DNA of 43,359 bases from a virus: positions 1 through 43,359 of the IMG/VR virus record IMGVR_UViG_3300045988_045189; one strand, written 5' to 3'. The notes below the pieces were generated by a model. The model was not told the origin of the DNA. It saw nothing but the letters and a program-made list of their open reading frames with translations, and did not search any database. The first letter of the stretch is position 1. Each line of letters begins with the position of its first letter. Shown one piece after another: positions 1 to 7,844 of the stretch. Both the position numbers and the translations under genes were made by a program.

Positions 1-99
1 ACGGCGGGCAGGAAAGGAGGTGAGAGGAAGTGAGCGAAGCCAACAAGGCCGCGTTCAACATCCAGATGCTGGAATGTCTGCTGCACTATCATGAAAGGA
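1..99. repeat. Terminal direct repeat, copy 1 (identical to 43261..43359)
   Basis: Read directly: acggcgggcaggaaaggaggtgagaggaagtgagcg...catgaaagga occurs at both ends. The repeat ends inside ORF 30..233. Confidence 0.95.
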
Positions 100-233
100 T
101 CACAGCGCCGGTGGGGCAGGACGCCTGCCAGACGCTGGCAGACGGGAAATGCCCCGGAACGCTGATCCTTGACCAGTATTCCGGGGCGTTGAAAGAGGCT
201 ATTCGGTGCATTCGGATCGTTCACGGTCTTTGA
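30..233 (+). CDS. Small early protein, unknown function (67 aa)
   Basis: GTG start 9 nt after AAAGGAGG (nt 13-20). Follows the cro-like gene on the circular map. Its 3' end overlaps the convergent ORF 199..405. Confidence 0.6.
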   Translation: MSEANKAAFNIQMLECLLHYHERITAPVGQDACQTLADGKCPGTLILDQYSGALKEAIRCIRIVHGL

Positions 234-405
234 GTTCCCGCCAAACGGTGTTGACACACTGGACACATTCCGGCGCACTGCACGGGGAGTTCTCGCAGGT
301 GTTGACAACGTAGCGCGTTTCCCCTTCATATTCCAGTGTATTGACAGGCACACGGTCTTGACGAAGGGTAAGCGGGCAGGAGACGGGGACGTAGAACCAA
401 GCCAA
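199..405 (-). CDS. Small Cys-rich protein (about 68 aa), unknown function; minus-strand cassette inside the early region
   Basis: AGGAGG followed 8 nt later by an in-frame TTG (405); the ORF track starts it at 414. Contains seven Cys residues and three VNT repeats. Uncertain. Confidence 0.35.
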   Translation of the reverse strand: MAWFYVPVSCPLTLRQDRVPVNTLEYEGETRYVVNTCENSPCSAPECVQCVNTVWRELKDRERSECTE

Positions 406-428
406 AGGAACCACCTCCTTTCCCGTTC

Positions 429-458
429 AGTGTAGCACACGGGACGGGCGGGAGGCAA
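429..458 (-). promoter_or_regulatory. Candidate promoter for ORF 199..405 (-35 TTGCCT, 18-nt spacer, extended -10 TGcTACACT)
   Basis: Reverse complement of 453-458 = TTGCCT and of 429-437 = TGCTACACT. Lies just upstream of the AGGAGG ribosome-binding site. Confidence 0.3.
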
Positions 459-496
459 GAAAAAACAGTCCGCGGACTACTTGCCTTTTATGGAGC
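455..496 (+). terminator. Terminator-like hairpin with T-run (GGCAAG..AGTCCGCGGACT..CTTGCC TTTTAT)
   Basis: 6-bp outer stem plus an inner palindrome, followed by TTTTAT. The internal loop is asymmetric, so stability is moderate. Confidence 0.35.
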
Positions 497-782
497 GCCC
501 GAAATGAGAAGACGGGAGGCTGCCACCTCCCGCATCTCGTCTGGCTTTGTCTGCACCATGTTGCTGCTGCTGGCAGACAGCACTTGGCATGGCCGCAACG
601 CTTACGCGCCGAACGGGTGGGGCCACCACCCCTGCCGAGCGGTTACCGCAGACACAGGGAAGGCGTAATGACGCCGGAGGGCATACCCTCGATGGCAATC
701 ACGTCCTTTCCCGCCCATGGGCGTTCCCTAAAGGGCAAGTACCAGTATGACAGAGCGGGCACCCAAACGCAAGAGAAACGCA

Positions 783-826
783 TAAAAACAGCCCGCACGA
801 TGGCGGGCAGGGAGGTGAGAGGAATG
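783..826. repeat. Copy B of a ~45-nt conserved element: A-run, GCCCGC/GCGGGC hairpin, GAGGTGAGAGGAA Shine-Dalgarno block
   Basis: taaaaacagcccgcacgatggcgggcagggaggtgagaggaatg aligns with 43245..43292 with few changes. On the minus strand it reads as hairpin + TGTTTTTAT, an intrinsic terminator. Confidence 0.8.
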
Positions 827-1063
827 GGGATTGTAGGGCCGATGGGCGTATACGGGGCTGCGAATGACACAGACCTGACGCAGCACCTTGTTGCAGAACT
901 GCGCAAGGCGATGGAAGCCAAGAGCGCAGCGCAGCGGGACGCGAACGGAAACAAATATGTGCCGGTGGACTATTTCGTGGTGTGGCAGACCGTGGAGCTG
1001 CTTGAGCGCCGTCTACTGCCGACCGACCAGCAGCCCGACAAGGGTATCACGGAGATCACTTGA
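824..1063 (+). CDS. Small early protein, unknown function (79 aa)
   Basis: ATG 824 follows GGAGGTGAGAGG. The upstream part of ORF 584..1063 is Arg/Pro-rich and was not taken as coding. Confidence 0.55.
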   Translation: MGIVGPMGVYGAANDTDLTQHLVAELRKAMEAKSAAQRDANGNKYVPVDYFVVWQTVELLERRLLPTDQQPDKGITEIT

Positions 1064-1765
1064 TACCTCCGCTGTATCGCAAATGAGGTGTAAGGCGGCA
1101 TTCAGCGGCATTTCATCGGTAAGCAGCGGAAGCTGCAATGCTGCTTGCCACAGTTCCGGATGATCCCGGAACAGGGGAAACAACTCATTGGCGATGGTAC
1201 GGTTCATGCGGCGGTCATAACAGTCGACGCGCAAATGGGACAGGTTCTGCGCGACGAATTGGCGCAGGGGCTGCCCGTCAAGTTCCAGCCGGTCTTGCCG
1301 GGAGTTGGCGATGTAGTCAGGAAAAGAGGCGTATATGCCGCGACATGGCCACAGAGGGGCATCCTCCCGGTGTTCATAGACCCATGACAAAGCACACCAT
1401 GACATGACCTCGCACAGCGTTTCCGACAGCCAACGATAGGCACTGCACACGGGCTTATGGATTACGAAGTGGCATAGCTCATGGGCGAACTGATAGATGT
1501 GCTGTTGGGGGTAATTCCCTTCGGTGGACAGGAAGATCACATCTATATCCGAACGGCATTCCGGTGTTTCCGGGGCGTTCAGCACTGTCAGGTGCGGGTA
1601 TTGAGAAAGAACATCTTTCCCGAAGATGTCCCCAAAGGCAAGGCAAACACCGCCCAGTGTAGCGGACAATGCGGCAGCCCAATCTGGCGAAAATCCGCTG
1701 GATTCCAGTGATGCAGCAACAGTCCAATTCTCATTTGGCGCATAAAAAATCGGATATAAAATCAC
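1013..1765 (-). CDS. Putative zinc metallopeptidase-like protein (HExxH: AHELCHFVIH), 250 aa; opposite-strand moron in the early region
   Basis: In-frame GTG at 1765, 10 nt after GAGAGGAAAGG. HELCH motif present. Has its own promoter and terminator. Tail-to-tail 51-nt overlap with 824..1063. Confidence 0.65.
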   Translation of the reverse strand: MILYPIFYAPNENWTVAASLESSGFSPDWAAALSATLGGVCLAFGDIFGKDVLSQYPHLTVLNAPETPECRSDIDVIFLSTEGNYPQQHIYQFAHELCHFVIHKPVCSAYRWLSETLCEVMSWCALSWVYEHREDAPLWPCRGIYASFPDYIANSRQDRLELDGQPLRQFVAQNLSHLRVDCYDRRMNRTIANELFPLFRDHPELWQAALQLPLLTDEMPLNAALHLICDTAEVSSDLRDTLVGLLVGRQ

Positions 1766-1787
1766 AAAAACACCGCCTTTCCTCTCA

Positions 1788-1816
1788 ATTCTACCATGAA
1801 AGGACAGACGGCACAA
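1788..1816 (-). promoter_or_regulatory. Promoter of the HExxH gene (-35 TTGTGC, 17-nt spacer, extended -10 TGgTAGAAT)
   Basis: Reverse complement of 1811-1816 = TTGTGC and of 1788-1796 = TGGTAGAAT. The ribosome-binding site follows directly. Confidence 0.5.
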
Positions 1817-1849
1817 GAAAAACCACCTTACCACAGGAAGGAGATACCC

Positions 1850-2056
1850 ATGATCGAGACATTAACACTGAACCAAACCGCCGCGTATCTGCGGCAGCAC
1901 GGCTTGAGCATTTCCAATCCGGCGCTGGCCAACGGCATCCAGCAGGGGCAGTACCCGTTCGGCATCTGCATCGTCAGCGCGGAGGGCTGCCGGTCGTTCC
2001 AGATTTTCAAGACTCTGCTGGACAAATGGATCGCAGAAAGGACGGTGTGCGCATGA
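1850..2056 (+). CDS. Small putative DNA-binding (HTH-like) protein, 68 aa
   Basis: ATG 1850 follows GGAAGGAGAT. The LTLNQTAAYLRQHGLS segment resembles an excisionase/MerR-type helix-turn-helix. Function uncertain. Confidence 0.55.
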   Translation: MIETLTLNQTAAYLRQHGLSISNPALANGIQQGQYPFGICIVSAEGCRSFQIFKTLLDKWIAERTVCA

Positions 2057-2142
2057 TCGCCTACATCATGATCTACATCGGGGCGCTGACCGTGGCCGTG
2101 AAGCTGATGCACCTGATCGACCGGCTGGAAGGGCGGCGGTGA
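2053..2142 (+). CDS. 29-aa hydrophobic peptide (MIAYIMIYIGALTVAVKLMHLIDRLEGRR)
   Basis: ATGA overlap with the stop of 1850..2056, and its stop overlaps the next start. One predicted transmembrane helix. Below the ORF-track cutoff. Confidence 0.35.
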   Translation: MIAYIMIYIGALTVAVKLMHLIDRLEGRR

Positions 2143-2558
2143 TGAGCGTAAAGCGGAAGGTCGTGGACAAGCGGCTGACGCTGTTCCGCACCTGCGGCAT
2201 CTGTGGGAAGAGCTTTACCACAACGGCGGATACGCCGTGGGTGCGCCAGGTGCCGCGAGACGGGAAACGGCAGGCCACCACCTACTACTGCTCCACGACC
2301 TGTTATCAGGCCAGCTACAAGTACAAGGGGTGGTATGACGGGAAAACCGAGGAGCGCCGCCGGGAGCGGGAGAAAAAGCGCCCTGACCGGTCGGCATATA
2401 ACCGCCAATGGCGAGACAAGAACCGCGACCACATTCGGGAGTACAACCGTGAACGGGAGCGGCAGTACAGGCTTACAGATCCAGAGGGCTGGCGGGCAGA
2501 CAAGCGATACCAAAAGAAAAAGAGCCGCCTGAAAGCGAAACAGGAGGTGGTGGTATGA
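2139..2558 (+). CDS. Hypothetical protein with CxxC...C..C zinc-ribbon-like N-terminus and Lys/Arg-rich C-terminus (139 aa)
   Basis: Start overlaps the previous stop (GTGATG). Coding-like composition. Confidence 0.7.
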   Translation: MMSVKRKVVDKRLTLFRTCGICGKSFTTTADTPWVRQVPRDGKRQATTYYCSTTCYQASYKYKGWYDGKTEERRREREKKRPDRSAYNRQWRDKNRDHIREYNRERERQYRLTDPEGWRADKRYQKKKSRLKAKQEVVV

Positions 2559-2791
2559 GCGTGATGCTGGAGTACCCGGTGACACCGCAAAGCCCCTGTA
2601 CACCGGATTGTCCGGACAGAAGCGGCGACTGCATGCTGCACTGTCCCCACGGGTACGCCGCGTATCGGGCGGCGCGGGACAAGGTGTATGCCGCCCGAGC
2701 AGCGACCGCCGAGGCCTCGCGGATCGCCAGCGCCGGAAATCGGAAAGCCTCCGTGAAGAAGGCTCGCATGAAACACAGGCACAAAAGATGA
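2555..2791 (+). CDS. Hypothetical Cys-rich protein (78 aa)
   Basis: ATGA overlap with the upstream gene; GGAGGTGGTGGT ribosome-binding site. Confidence 0.55.
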   Translation: MSVMLEYPVTPQSPCTPDCPDRSGDCMLHCPHGYAAYRAARDKVYAARAATAEASRIASAGNRKASVKKARMKHRHKR

Positions 2792-3198
2792 TTTTGCGGG
2801 TAGCACCCGCTGAAAAAGGAGGAATTATTTTGCAGATCGAAAACCGAGAAGAAGCCCAGCGGTCTATCTTGCAGATGTGCCGGGGCGCCTTTCAGGAGCG
2901 TGTGGACTACGAGATGCCGCACCTGATGGAAAACATCTTCGACCCCAACACAGCCGCCAAGGCAAAGCGCAAAGTGACCATCACGCTGGAGCTTTGCCCC
3001 GACGACACACGCCAGAACATCGTGGTCAACTGCCTGGTCAAGACGACGCTGGCCCCGTCCAACCCCGCCACCACGATGCTGTACGCCGTGGACGAGCATA
3101 CGGTGGTGGAGATGGTGCCGCAGATCCCCGGCCAGATTGCCGTGGATGGCACGGAACAGGAAGCACCGGCCCGCTTGAAGCTGGTCAATTTTGAATAA
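2788..3198 (+). CDS. Conserved-looking phage early protein, unknown function (136 aa)
   Basis: ATGA-coupled ATG at 2788. An alternative TTG at 2831 follows AAAGGAGG. Confidence 0.7.
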   Translation: MILRVAPAEKGGIILQIENREEAQRSILQMCRGAFQERVDYEMPHLMENIFDPNTAAKAKRKVTITLELCPDDTRQNIVVNCLVKTTLAPSNPATTMLYAVDEHTVVEMVPQIPGQIAVDGTEQEAPARLKLVNFE

Positions 3199-3212
3199 AA
3201 GGAGAAAGAATC

Positions 3213-3962
3213 ATGTTGAAGGAAGCTATTGAGAAGATCGAGGAACTGGCAAAGCCGATCATTGTGGACAAAGAGGGCCACACCTACGCCGTGAACAATG
3301 ACGGTGTAGTGCGAGAGATCGCCCCGGCTATGGTTTGTCAGGATTGTCTGGCGCTGAACAGTCTGGACGCGCTGGTGCAGATGGTCAAGACGGAGGGCGT
3401 CCGTGGTGACAGCACTGCCAGCAGTGCGGACAAGCTGTATCTGTCCGTAAAGGATCACATGACCGTAGCCTGCTTTGGCCATCCGCAGAAGGACTTGCGG
3501 GAGGGGCGTATTTTCTACTACGAGGCGCAGGCCAAAGATGTTCCCGGCTGGGACGCCGAGGTGAAGATGGCCTTTGACAAGGCGGCTGTGGCCTTGCAGA
3601 CCCGCTTTCAGGATGGCGGCGACCGCGATTACACGCTGACGCTGCTGAGCCAGATCACTTGCGGCGCGAAGGTCACCTACAACGACATTGGCGTGGCAAC
3701 AACGGTGGTCACGCAAAAGGGGGTAAGCCTCCAGCAGAACAGCACCATCCGCCCGCTGGTGAAGCTGCGGCCTTACCGCACCTTCCAGGAGGTGGAGCAG
3801 CCGGAGGGCTTGTTCCTGATCCGCATTGACGAGCGGGGCATCACCTTCACGGAGGCGGACGGCGGCATGTGGAAGCTGGCGGCCCGCAAGACCATCAAGG
3901 CATATCTGGAGGAAGCTCTGAAGGACATGATCGACGACGGCAGTGTGGTCGTGATGATGTAA
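3213..3962 (+). CDS. Hypothetical early protein (249 aa)
   Basis: AAAGGAGAAAG ribosome-binding site; globular composition. Lies upstream of the recombination genes. Confidence 0.8.
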   Translation: MLKEAIEKIEELAKPIIVDKEGHTYAVNNDGVVREIAPAMVCQDCLALNSLDALVQMVKTEGVRGDSTASSADKLYLSVKDHMTVACFGHPQKDLREGRIFYYEAQAKDVPGWDAEVKMAFDKAAVALQTRFQDGGDRDYTLTLLSQITCGAKVTYNDIGVATTVVTQKGVSLQQNSTIRPLVKLRPYRTFQEVEQPEGLFLIRIDERGITFTEADGGMWKLAARKTIKAYLEEALKDMIDDGSVVVMM

Positions 3963-3964
3963 GT

Positions 3965-4001
3965 GAAAAAAGCCCCGGCGGAGCTGGCACTCCGTCGGGG
4001 C
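3965..4001. terminator. 12-bp GC-rich hairpin (GCCCCGGCGGAG/CTCCGTCGGGGC) preceded by A6
   Basis: Read directly. The T-run is on the minus strand only, so it would stop antisense transcription or act as a plus-strand pause site. Confidence 0.4.
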
Positions 4002-4074
4002 GGGCAAAACCCTTGAAAAAAGATTTTACAGGAACAGTTTACCGCCCTTTGGGGCGGATGTCAAGGAGAAACGT

Positions 4075-4443
4075 ATGTACCGATGCAATGAGACCGGGCG
4101 GGAGTTTGAGGAACCCCGGTACGATCCCGACTTCTGGAACAAAGGCGACGGGGCGAAGGTGTGTCCCTGCTGCGGCGACACCGATTTTGAAGAGGTCTAT
4201 CCCTGCGATATCTGCGACAGCTATTCCAGCTGGGATGAATGCGGTTTTGTAGAGCACTACCAGACATGGTATCTCTGCCCGGACTGTCGGAGGATCGCCA
4301 TCATCAACCTGTTTGAAAAAGGCGCTCAGGAGCTGGGCGACACGGAAGGGGCTTGGCTGGACGATGTGCTGGACGGCAACAGCTGGGCGGATTTGAAGAA
4401 AATTTATAAGGAGGCCAAGAAAAATGGCACTGTTACCCTTTGA
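4075..4443 (+). CDS. Hypothetical zinc-ribbon protein (122 aa; CPCC...CDIC, CPDC)
   Basis: AAGGAGAAA ribosome-binding site; paired Cys motifs. Confidence 0.75.
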   Translation: MYRCNETGREFEEPRYDPDFWNKGDGAKVCPCCGDTDFEEVYPCDICDSYSSWDECGFVEHYQTWYLCPDCRRIAIINLFEKGAQELGDTEGAWLDDVLDGNSWADLKKIYKEAKKNGTVTL

Positions 4444-5074
4444 AGAACTGATTAAGGTCGATGTGAGACCCTTCTGCGAGACGCGGAAGGCCAAGGACGA
4501 CAACGGCAACGTGGTGGATATCCCCTATCTGAACTGGGCCAAGTGTGTGAAGCTGCTGCACGAGAACGGCGCGAAGGACGTATGGTTTACGCCCCGCGTC
4601 TGCCCGGAGACAAAGACCTATCTGTGGCCGCAGGCGGACGTGACCACCCGGAAGGGCTACAAGACGCAGTGCTGGTTCGTCAGCGTGGAGATCCATATTG
4701 ACGAGCTGGTGTTCAACATGGACACGCCGCTGCTGAACGGGGCACTGGTGGTCTATGAGGACACGCTGAACCAGCTGCGCATTTCCAACGCGCAGGCCCG
4801 CGCCTTCGTGAAGGGCGTGGCGCTGCGGACGGGACTGGGCTTTGACCTGTGGGCCGAGAGCGGCGACGGGGACGACGGCGAGGACGATCTGAGCCGCCAC
4901 AGCATCTGGGCCATCCGGGAACGGCTGGAGCGGGCCATTACCGCCAAGGAAAAGGCGGGGCTGGATCACAAAGACCTGCTGGCCGCCCTGCGGATCAACG
5001 ACAAGCAGCTGAACCAGCTGATGGGATATTTCGCCAAGCTGGACGGCCTTGAGAAAGCGGTGAACAAGCTGTGA
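4424..5074 (+). CDS. Single-strand annealing protein, Sak3/DUF1071-like
   Basis: IPYLNWAKCVKLLHENG and ARAFVKGVALRTGLGFDLWAE match the motif pattern I recall for DUF1071. Acidic tail. Followed by an exonuclease gene. Confidence 0.6.
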   Translation: MALLPFEELIKVDVRPFCETRKAKDDNGNVVDIPYLNWAKCVKLLHENGAKDVWFTPRVCPETKTYLWPQADVTTRKGYKTQCWFVSVEIHIDELVFNMDTPLLNGALVVYEDTLNQLRISNAQARAFVKGVALRTGLGFDLWAESGDGDDGEDDLSRHSIWAIRERLERAITAKEKAGLDHKDLLAALRINDKQLNQLMGYFAKLDGLEKAVNKL

Positions 5075-5655
5075 TCCACGATCAGGACAGGAGCGGGTGG
5101 TTCGGGGCCAGCGACACGGCCACCATCATGGGATCGTGGGAGACGGAGACGTTCCGGAAGTGGTGGGCGGTGAAACTGGGCATCCGGCAGGATCACTACA
5201 CCAACGCCGCCATGCAGGCGGGCACGGCCTATGAACACAAGATTCTGGACGCGCTGGGGGTAAAGACCCGCGACCGCCAGATCAAGGTTTACGCCCTGCG
5301 GCTGCGGGTGAACTACGACGGGGACGACGCCCAGACCGTTACGGAGGTCAAGACCTACAGCAAGGCTCCCTTCAAGGTGAGCCGCGCCTACTGGATGCAG
5401 TGTCAGGTGGAGATGTTTGCCAGTGGGTGGGGCCTGCGGCGGCGGAAGATGTGCCGGATCGCGGCCTATCCGGTCGGCGAAGCGGAGAAGCAGAACTTCT
5501 TTTTGCCCGTCGACCCCGGCAGGATCAGCCTGTGGCCCATCGAGTACGATGAAACGTGGGTGGAGGAGAAGTACCTGCCCCGGCTGCGGTATCTGGCCAC
5601 GTGCCTGAAAACAGGCCGGTGGCCCCGAAAGGAGGAAGCGCCATGCAGCAGGTGA
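5071..5655 (+). CDS. YqaJ-like (lambda Exo-type, PD-(D/E)xK) recombination exonuclease
   Basis: N-terminal WFGASDTATIMG motif typical of YqaJ. GTGA overlap with the annealing-protein gene. Confidence 0.7.
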   Translation: MIHDQDRSGWFGASDTATIMGSWETETFRKWWAVKLGIRQDHYTNAAMQAGTAYEHKILDALGVKTRDRQIKVYALRLRVNYDGDDAQTVTEVKTYSKAPFKVSRAYWMQCQVEMFASGWGLRRRKMCRIAAYPVGEAEKQNFFLPVDPGRISLWPIEYDETWVEEKYLPRLRYLATCLKTGRWPRKEEAPCSR

Positions 5656-6188
5656 CGGTGGACGCCGCCCGGTGGCTGCGGGACGGCGACGGGTCGTGGC
5701 TGGCCTTCCGGGTAGGCAGCGACAAGACGGCTATGGACGTGTGCGACAGCCTGAAAGCCGGGAAGGAATACAACCTGACGTTGAAGCGTAAGGGCCGCAG
5801 TCTGGACGCCAACGCCTATTTCTGGGTGCTGGTGAATCGGCTGGCGGACAAGCTGAAGATCGAGCCGGAGGGCATCTACCGGACATATATCCCGGATATC
5901 GGCGGCGGCTATGAAGTGGTGCCGGTGCGGGAAGATCGCATTGACGCATGGGAAAAGGTCTGGTGCAGTGGCCATATTGGCCGGATGATCGAGGACATGG
6001 GGCCGTGCCGCAACATCAAGGGCTATCACAATGTCCGGTCTTACCTATCTTCCAGCGATTACGACACGGCCCAGATGTCCCAGCTTATTGAGCTGGTGGT
6101 GGCGGACTGCAAACAAAATGGCATCGAAACTATGACGCCCAGAGAGCTGGACGCGCTTGTGTCCCGCTGGGGTGAGGTGAGCGTATGA
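5643..6188 (+). CDS. NinB/Orf-like recombination mediator (181 aa)
   Basis: ATG follows AAAGGAGG. KRKGRSLDANAYFWVLVNRLA resembles lambda NinB RNRSLDQNRKLWACLGDV. Confidence 0.5.
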   Translation: MQQVTVDAARWLRDGDGSWLAFRVGSDKTAMDVCDSLKAGKEYNLTLKRKGRSLDANAYFWVLVNRLADKLKIEPEGIYRTYIPDIGGGYEVVPVREDRIDAWEKVWCSGHIGRMIEDMGPCRNIKGYHNVRSYLSSSDYDTAQMSQLIELVVADCKQNGIETMTPRELDALVSRWGEVSV

Positions 6189-6748
6189 GCACAGCAAAAA
6201 TCTATACCGCCCACGGGAAGTCTCTGACCATGCGGCAATGGGCGAAGGAACTGAATCTGCCGCAAAAGACGCTGCGGAATCGGCTGGACAGGGGGTGGAC
6301 GCCGGAAGCGACCTTCACACCGGGAAAGCAGCTGCACCGGGGCGGCACAACAGGTTCGCGCCGCACTGACCACACAGGAGAGCGGCACGGGATGCTGGTG
6401 GTCGACCACTGCCTCGGATCGGGGCCGGATGGGCCGAAATGGCTCTGCGTGTGCGACTGCGGCAAGACGCGGGTGGTACTGGCGCGGAATCTGAGAGGCG
6501 CATACAGCTGCGGCTGTAGGGCGAGGAGAAAGGCAGACCGCCGCCCCGGTCGTCCGCAACCCTGCTGGACGTGCCGGAACTACGCCGGAGGGTGCAGTTG
6601 GTCGCAGAAGTACCCGGAGCCTGTGAAGGGCTGGGACGCGACCCCCACCACGAAATATCAGGGGAATGCGGGCGAGGTCACATCTTTCGCCATCCATTAC
6701 TGCCCGGAGTATGTACCTGACGGAACGGAGGTATTGATGAATGGGTGA
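6185..6748 (+). CDS. Hypothetical DNA-binding/zinc-finger protein (187 aa)
   Basis: N-terminal HTH-like segment (LTMRQWAKELNLPQKTLRNRL) and multiple CxC/CxxC clusters. Confidence 0.7.
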   Translation: MSTAKIYTAHGKSLTMRQWAKELNLPQKTLRNRLDRGWTPEATFTPGKQLHRGGTTGSRRTDHTGERHGMLVVDHCLGSGPDGPKWLCVCDCGKTRVVLARNLRGAYSCGCRARRKADRRPGRPQPCWTCRNYAGGCSWSQKYPEPVKGWDATPTTKYQGNAGEVTSFAIHYCPEYVPDGTEVLMNG

Positions 6749-7025
6749 GAGACGGTGCTATTTCTGCCGCAGGAACGGCAGCGCCGATCCGCTGGAGCGG
6801 CACCATGTGTTCGGCGGGAGCCACGCAGACCGGAAGAAAAGCGAGAAATACGGCGCTGTGGTCGACCTGTGCGGCAGCGAGTGTCACCGAAACGGGAAAC
6901 ACGCCGTCCACCGGGACGGGAACGTGATGCGGGGACTGCGCCGGGAATTTCAGGTGAAGATCATGCAGGAACAGGGCTGGACGGAGGCGGAGTTCATCCG
7001 GGCGTTCGGCAAGAGCTACTTATAG
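6741..7025 (+). CDS. Putative HNHc-type nuclease-fold zinc protein (94 aa)
   Basis: CYFC...LERHHVFGG...LCGSECH pattern. Function inferred from the motif only. Confidence 0.45.
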   Translation: MGERRCYFCRRNGSADPLERHHVFGGSHADRKKSEKYGAVVDLCGSECHRNGKHAVHRDGNVMRGLRREFQVKIMQEQGWTEAEFIRAFGKSYL

Positions 7026-7033
7026 GAGGCCAT

Positions 7034-7252
7034 ATGACACAATGCGAACGAATCCTGCGGTATATGCGGGACGTTGGCCCCATTACACAGCTGGACGCGG
7101 CCAAAGAGTTCGGCTGCTACCGGCTGGGCGCAAGGATCTGGGATCTGAAAAAGGCGGGCCACGCCATCCGGAAGCGGATGGTATCAGAGAAAAACAGGTT
7201 CGGCGAGAGCGTGAGCTTCGCCGAGTACAGACTGGAGGATAAGAAATGCTGA
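7034..7252 (+). CDS. Winged-helix DNA-binding protein (72 aa)
   Basis: TAGGAGG ribosome-binding site. ILRYMRDVGPITQLDAAKEFGCYRLGARIWDLKKAGH is wHTH-like. Confidence 0.6.
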   Translation: MTQCERILRYMRDVGPITQLDAAKEFGCYRLGARIWDLKKAGHAIRKRMVSEKNRFGESVSFAEYRLEDKKC

Positions 7253-7674
7253 ATAAGATTTTCATCATGGGACGCCTGACCCGTGATCCGGAGCTGCGGC
7301 GGACGCAGAACGGTACGGCGGTGGCCGGGTTTGCGCTGGCGGTCGACCGGGACTATAAGAACGCCGACGGCACCAAGGATACAGACTTCATCGAGGTGGT
7401 GGCATGGCGCAGCAGCGCCGAGTTCGTCAGCAAGTACTTCACCAAAGGACGTATGGCCATCGTGGAGGGCCGGTTGCAGATTCGTGACTGGCAGGACAAG
7501 GACGGCAACAAGCGCCGCAATGCAGAGGTCGTGGCCGACAACGTGTATTTCGGTGACAGTAAGAAGGAGGGCGATTCCTCCGGCGGCTACAAGGCGGCAG
7601 GCAAGGCCGTGGACGTGGAGCCGGAAGCGGGAGACTTTGCCGAGGTCGAGGACGAAGAAGATTTTCCGTTTTGA
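7246..7674 (+). CDS. ssb: Single-stranded DNA-binding protein
   Basis: MLNKIFIMGRLTRDPELRRTQNG OB-fold signature and the acidic C-terminal tail DEEDFPF. Confidence 0.95.
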   Translation: MLNKIFIMGRLTRDPELRRTQNGTAVAGFALAVDRDYKNADGTKDTDFIEVVAWRSSAEFVSKYFTKGRMAIVEGRLQIRDWQDKDGNKRRNAEVVADNVYFGDSKKEGDSSGGYKAAGKAVDVEPEAGDFAEVEDEEDFPF

Positions 7675-7780
7675 GGTAAATACGGGAGGAAGGAAGCAAC
7701 ACAGCGGGGTGTATCGTGGGCGCGAACCGTGACGGCTGGCCGGAATCGAGCCAGCGCACGACGGCGGCGAGCGCGAAAAT

Positions 7781-7838
7781 CCCCCTTTGTCCCCCTTCCT
7801 TTCCCCCACACCCCCTATCTATCCCCCTATATCCCCCT
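7781..7838. repeat. Six phased C5 tracts (5x CCCCCT, 1x CCCCCA); G5 tracts on the minus strand
   Basis: C5 runs at 7781, 7791, 7803, 7811, 7823 and 7833, with intervening loops of 5, 7, 3, 7 and 5 nt. Non-coding, between ssb and the next gene. Confidence 0.9.
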
Positions 7839-7844
7839 TACACA

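Noticed and set aside
1-99. The 99-nt repeat as biological direct terminal repeats, or as a duplicated gene start
   Set aside because: The boundary cuts an ORF mid-codon-stream and the copies are 100% identical at the exact contig ends. An assembly overlap of a circular molecule is the simpler explanation. This was kept as a low-interest finding so that it can be verified.
251-363. Four TTGAC(A/G) hexamers as a cluster of plus-strand -35 promoter elements
   Set aside because: None has an acceptable -10 hexamer at 16-18 nt. They coincide with the repeated VNT tripeptide of the minus-strand ORF 199..405. Their meaning is unresolved, so no promoters were called.
477-823. ORFs 477..698(-), 547..750(+), and the 584..823 extension of ORF 584..1063
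   Set aside because: The translations are Arg/Pro/Cys/Gly-biased with no ribosome-binding sites, and the frames overlap each other. Only the segment from ATG 824, which has a good SD, was kept.
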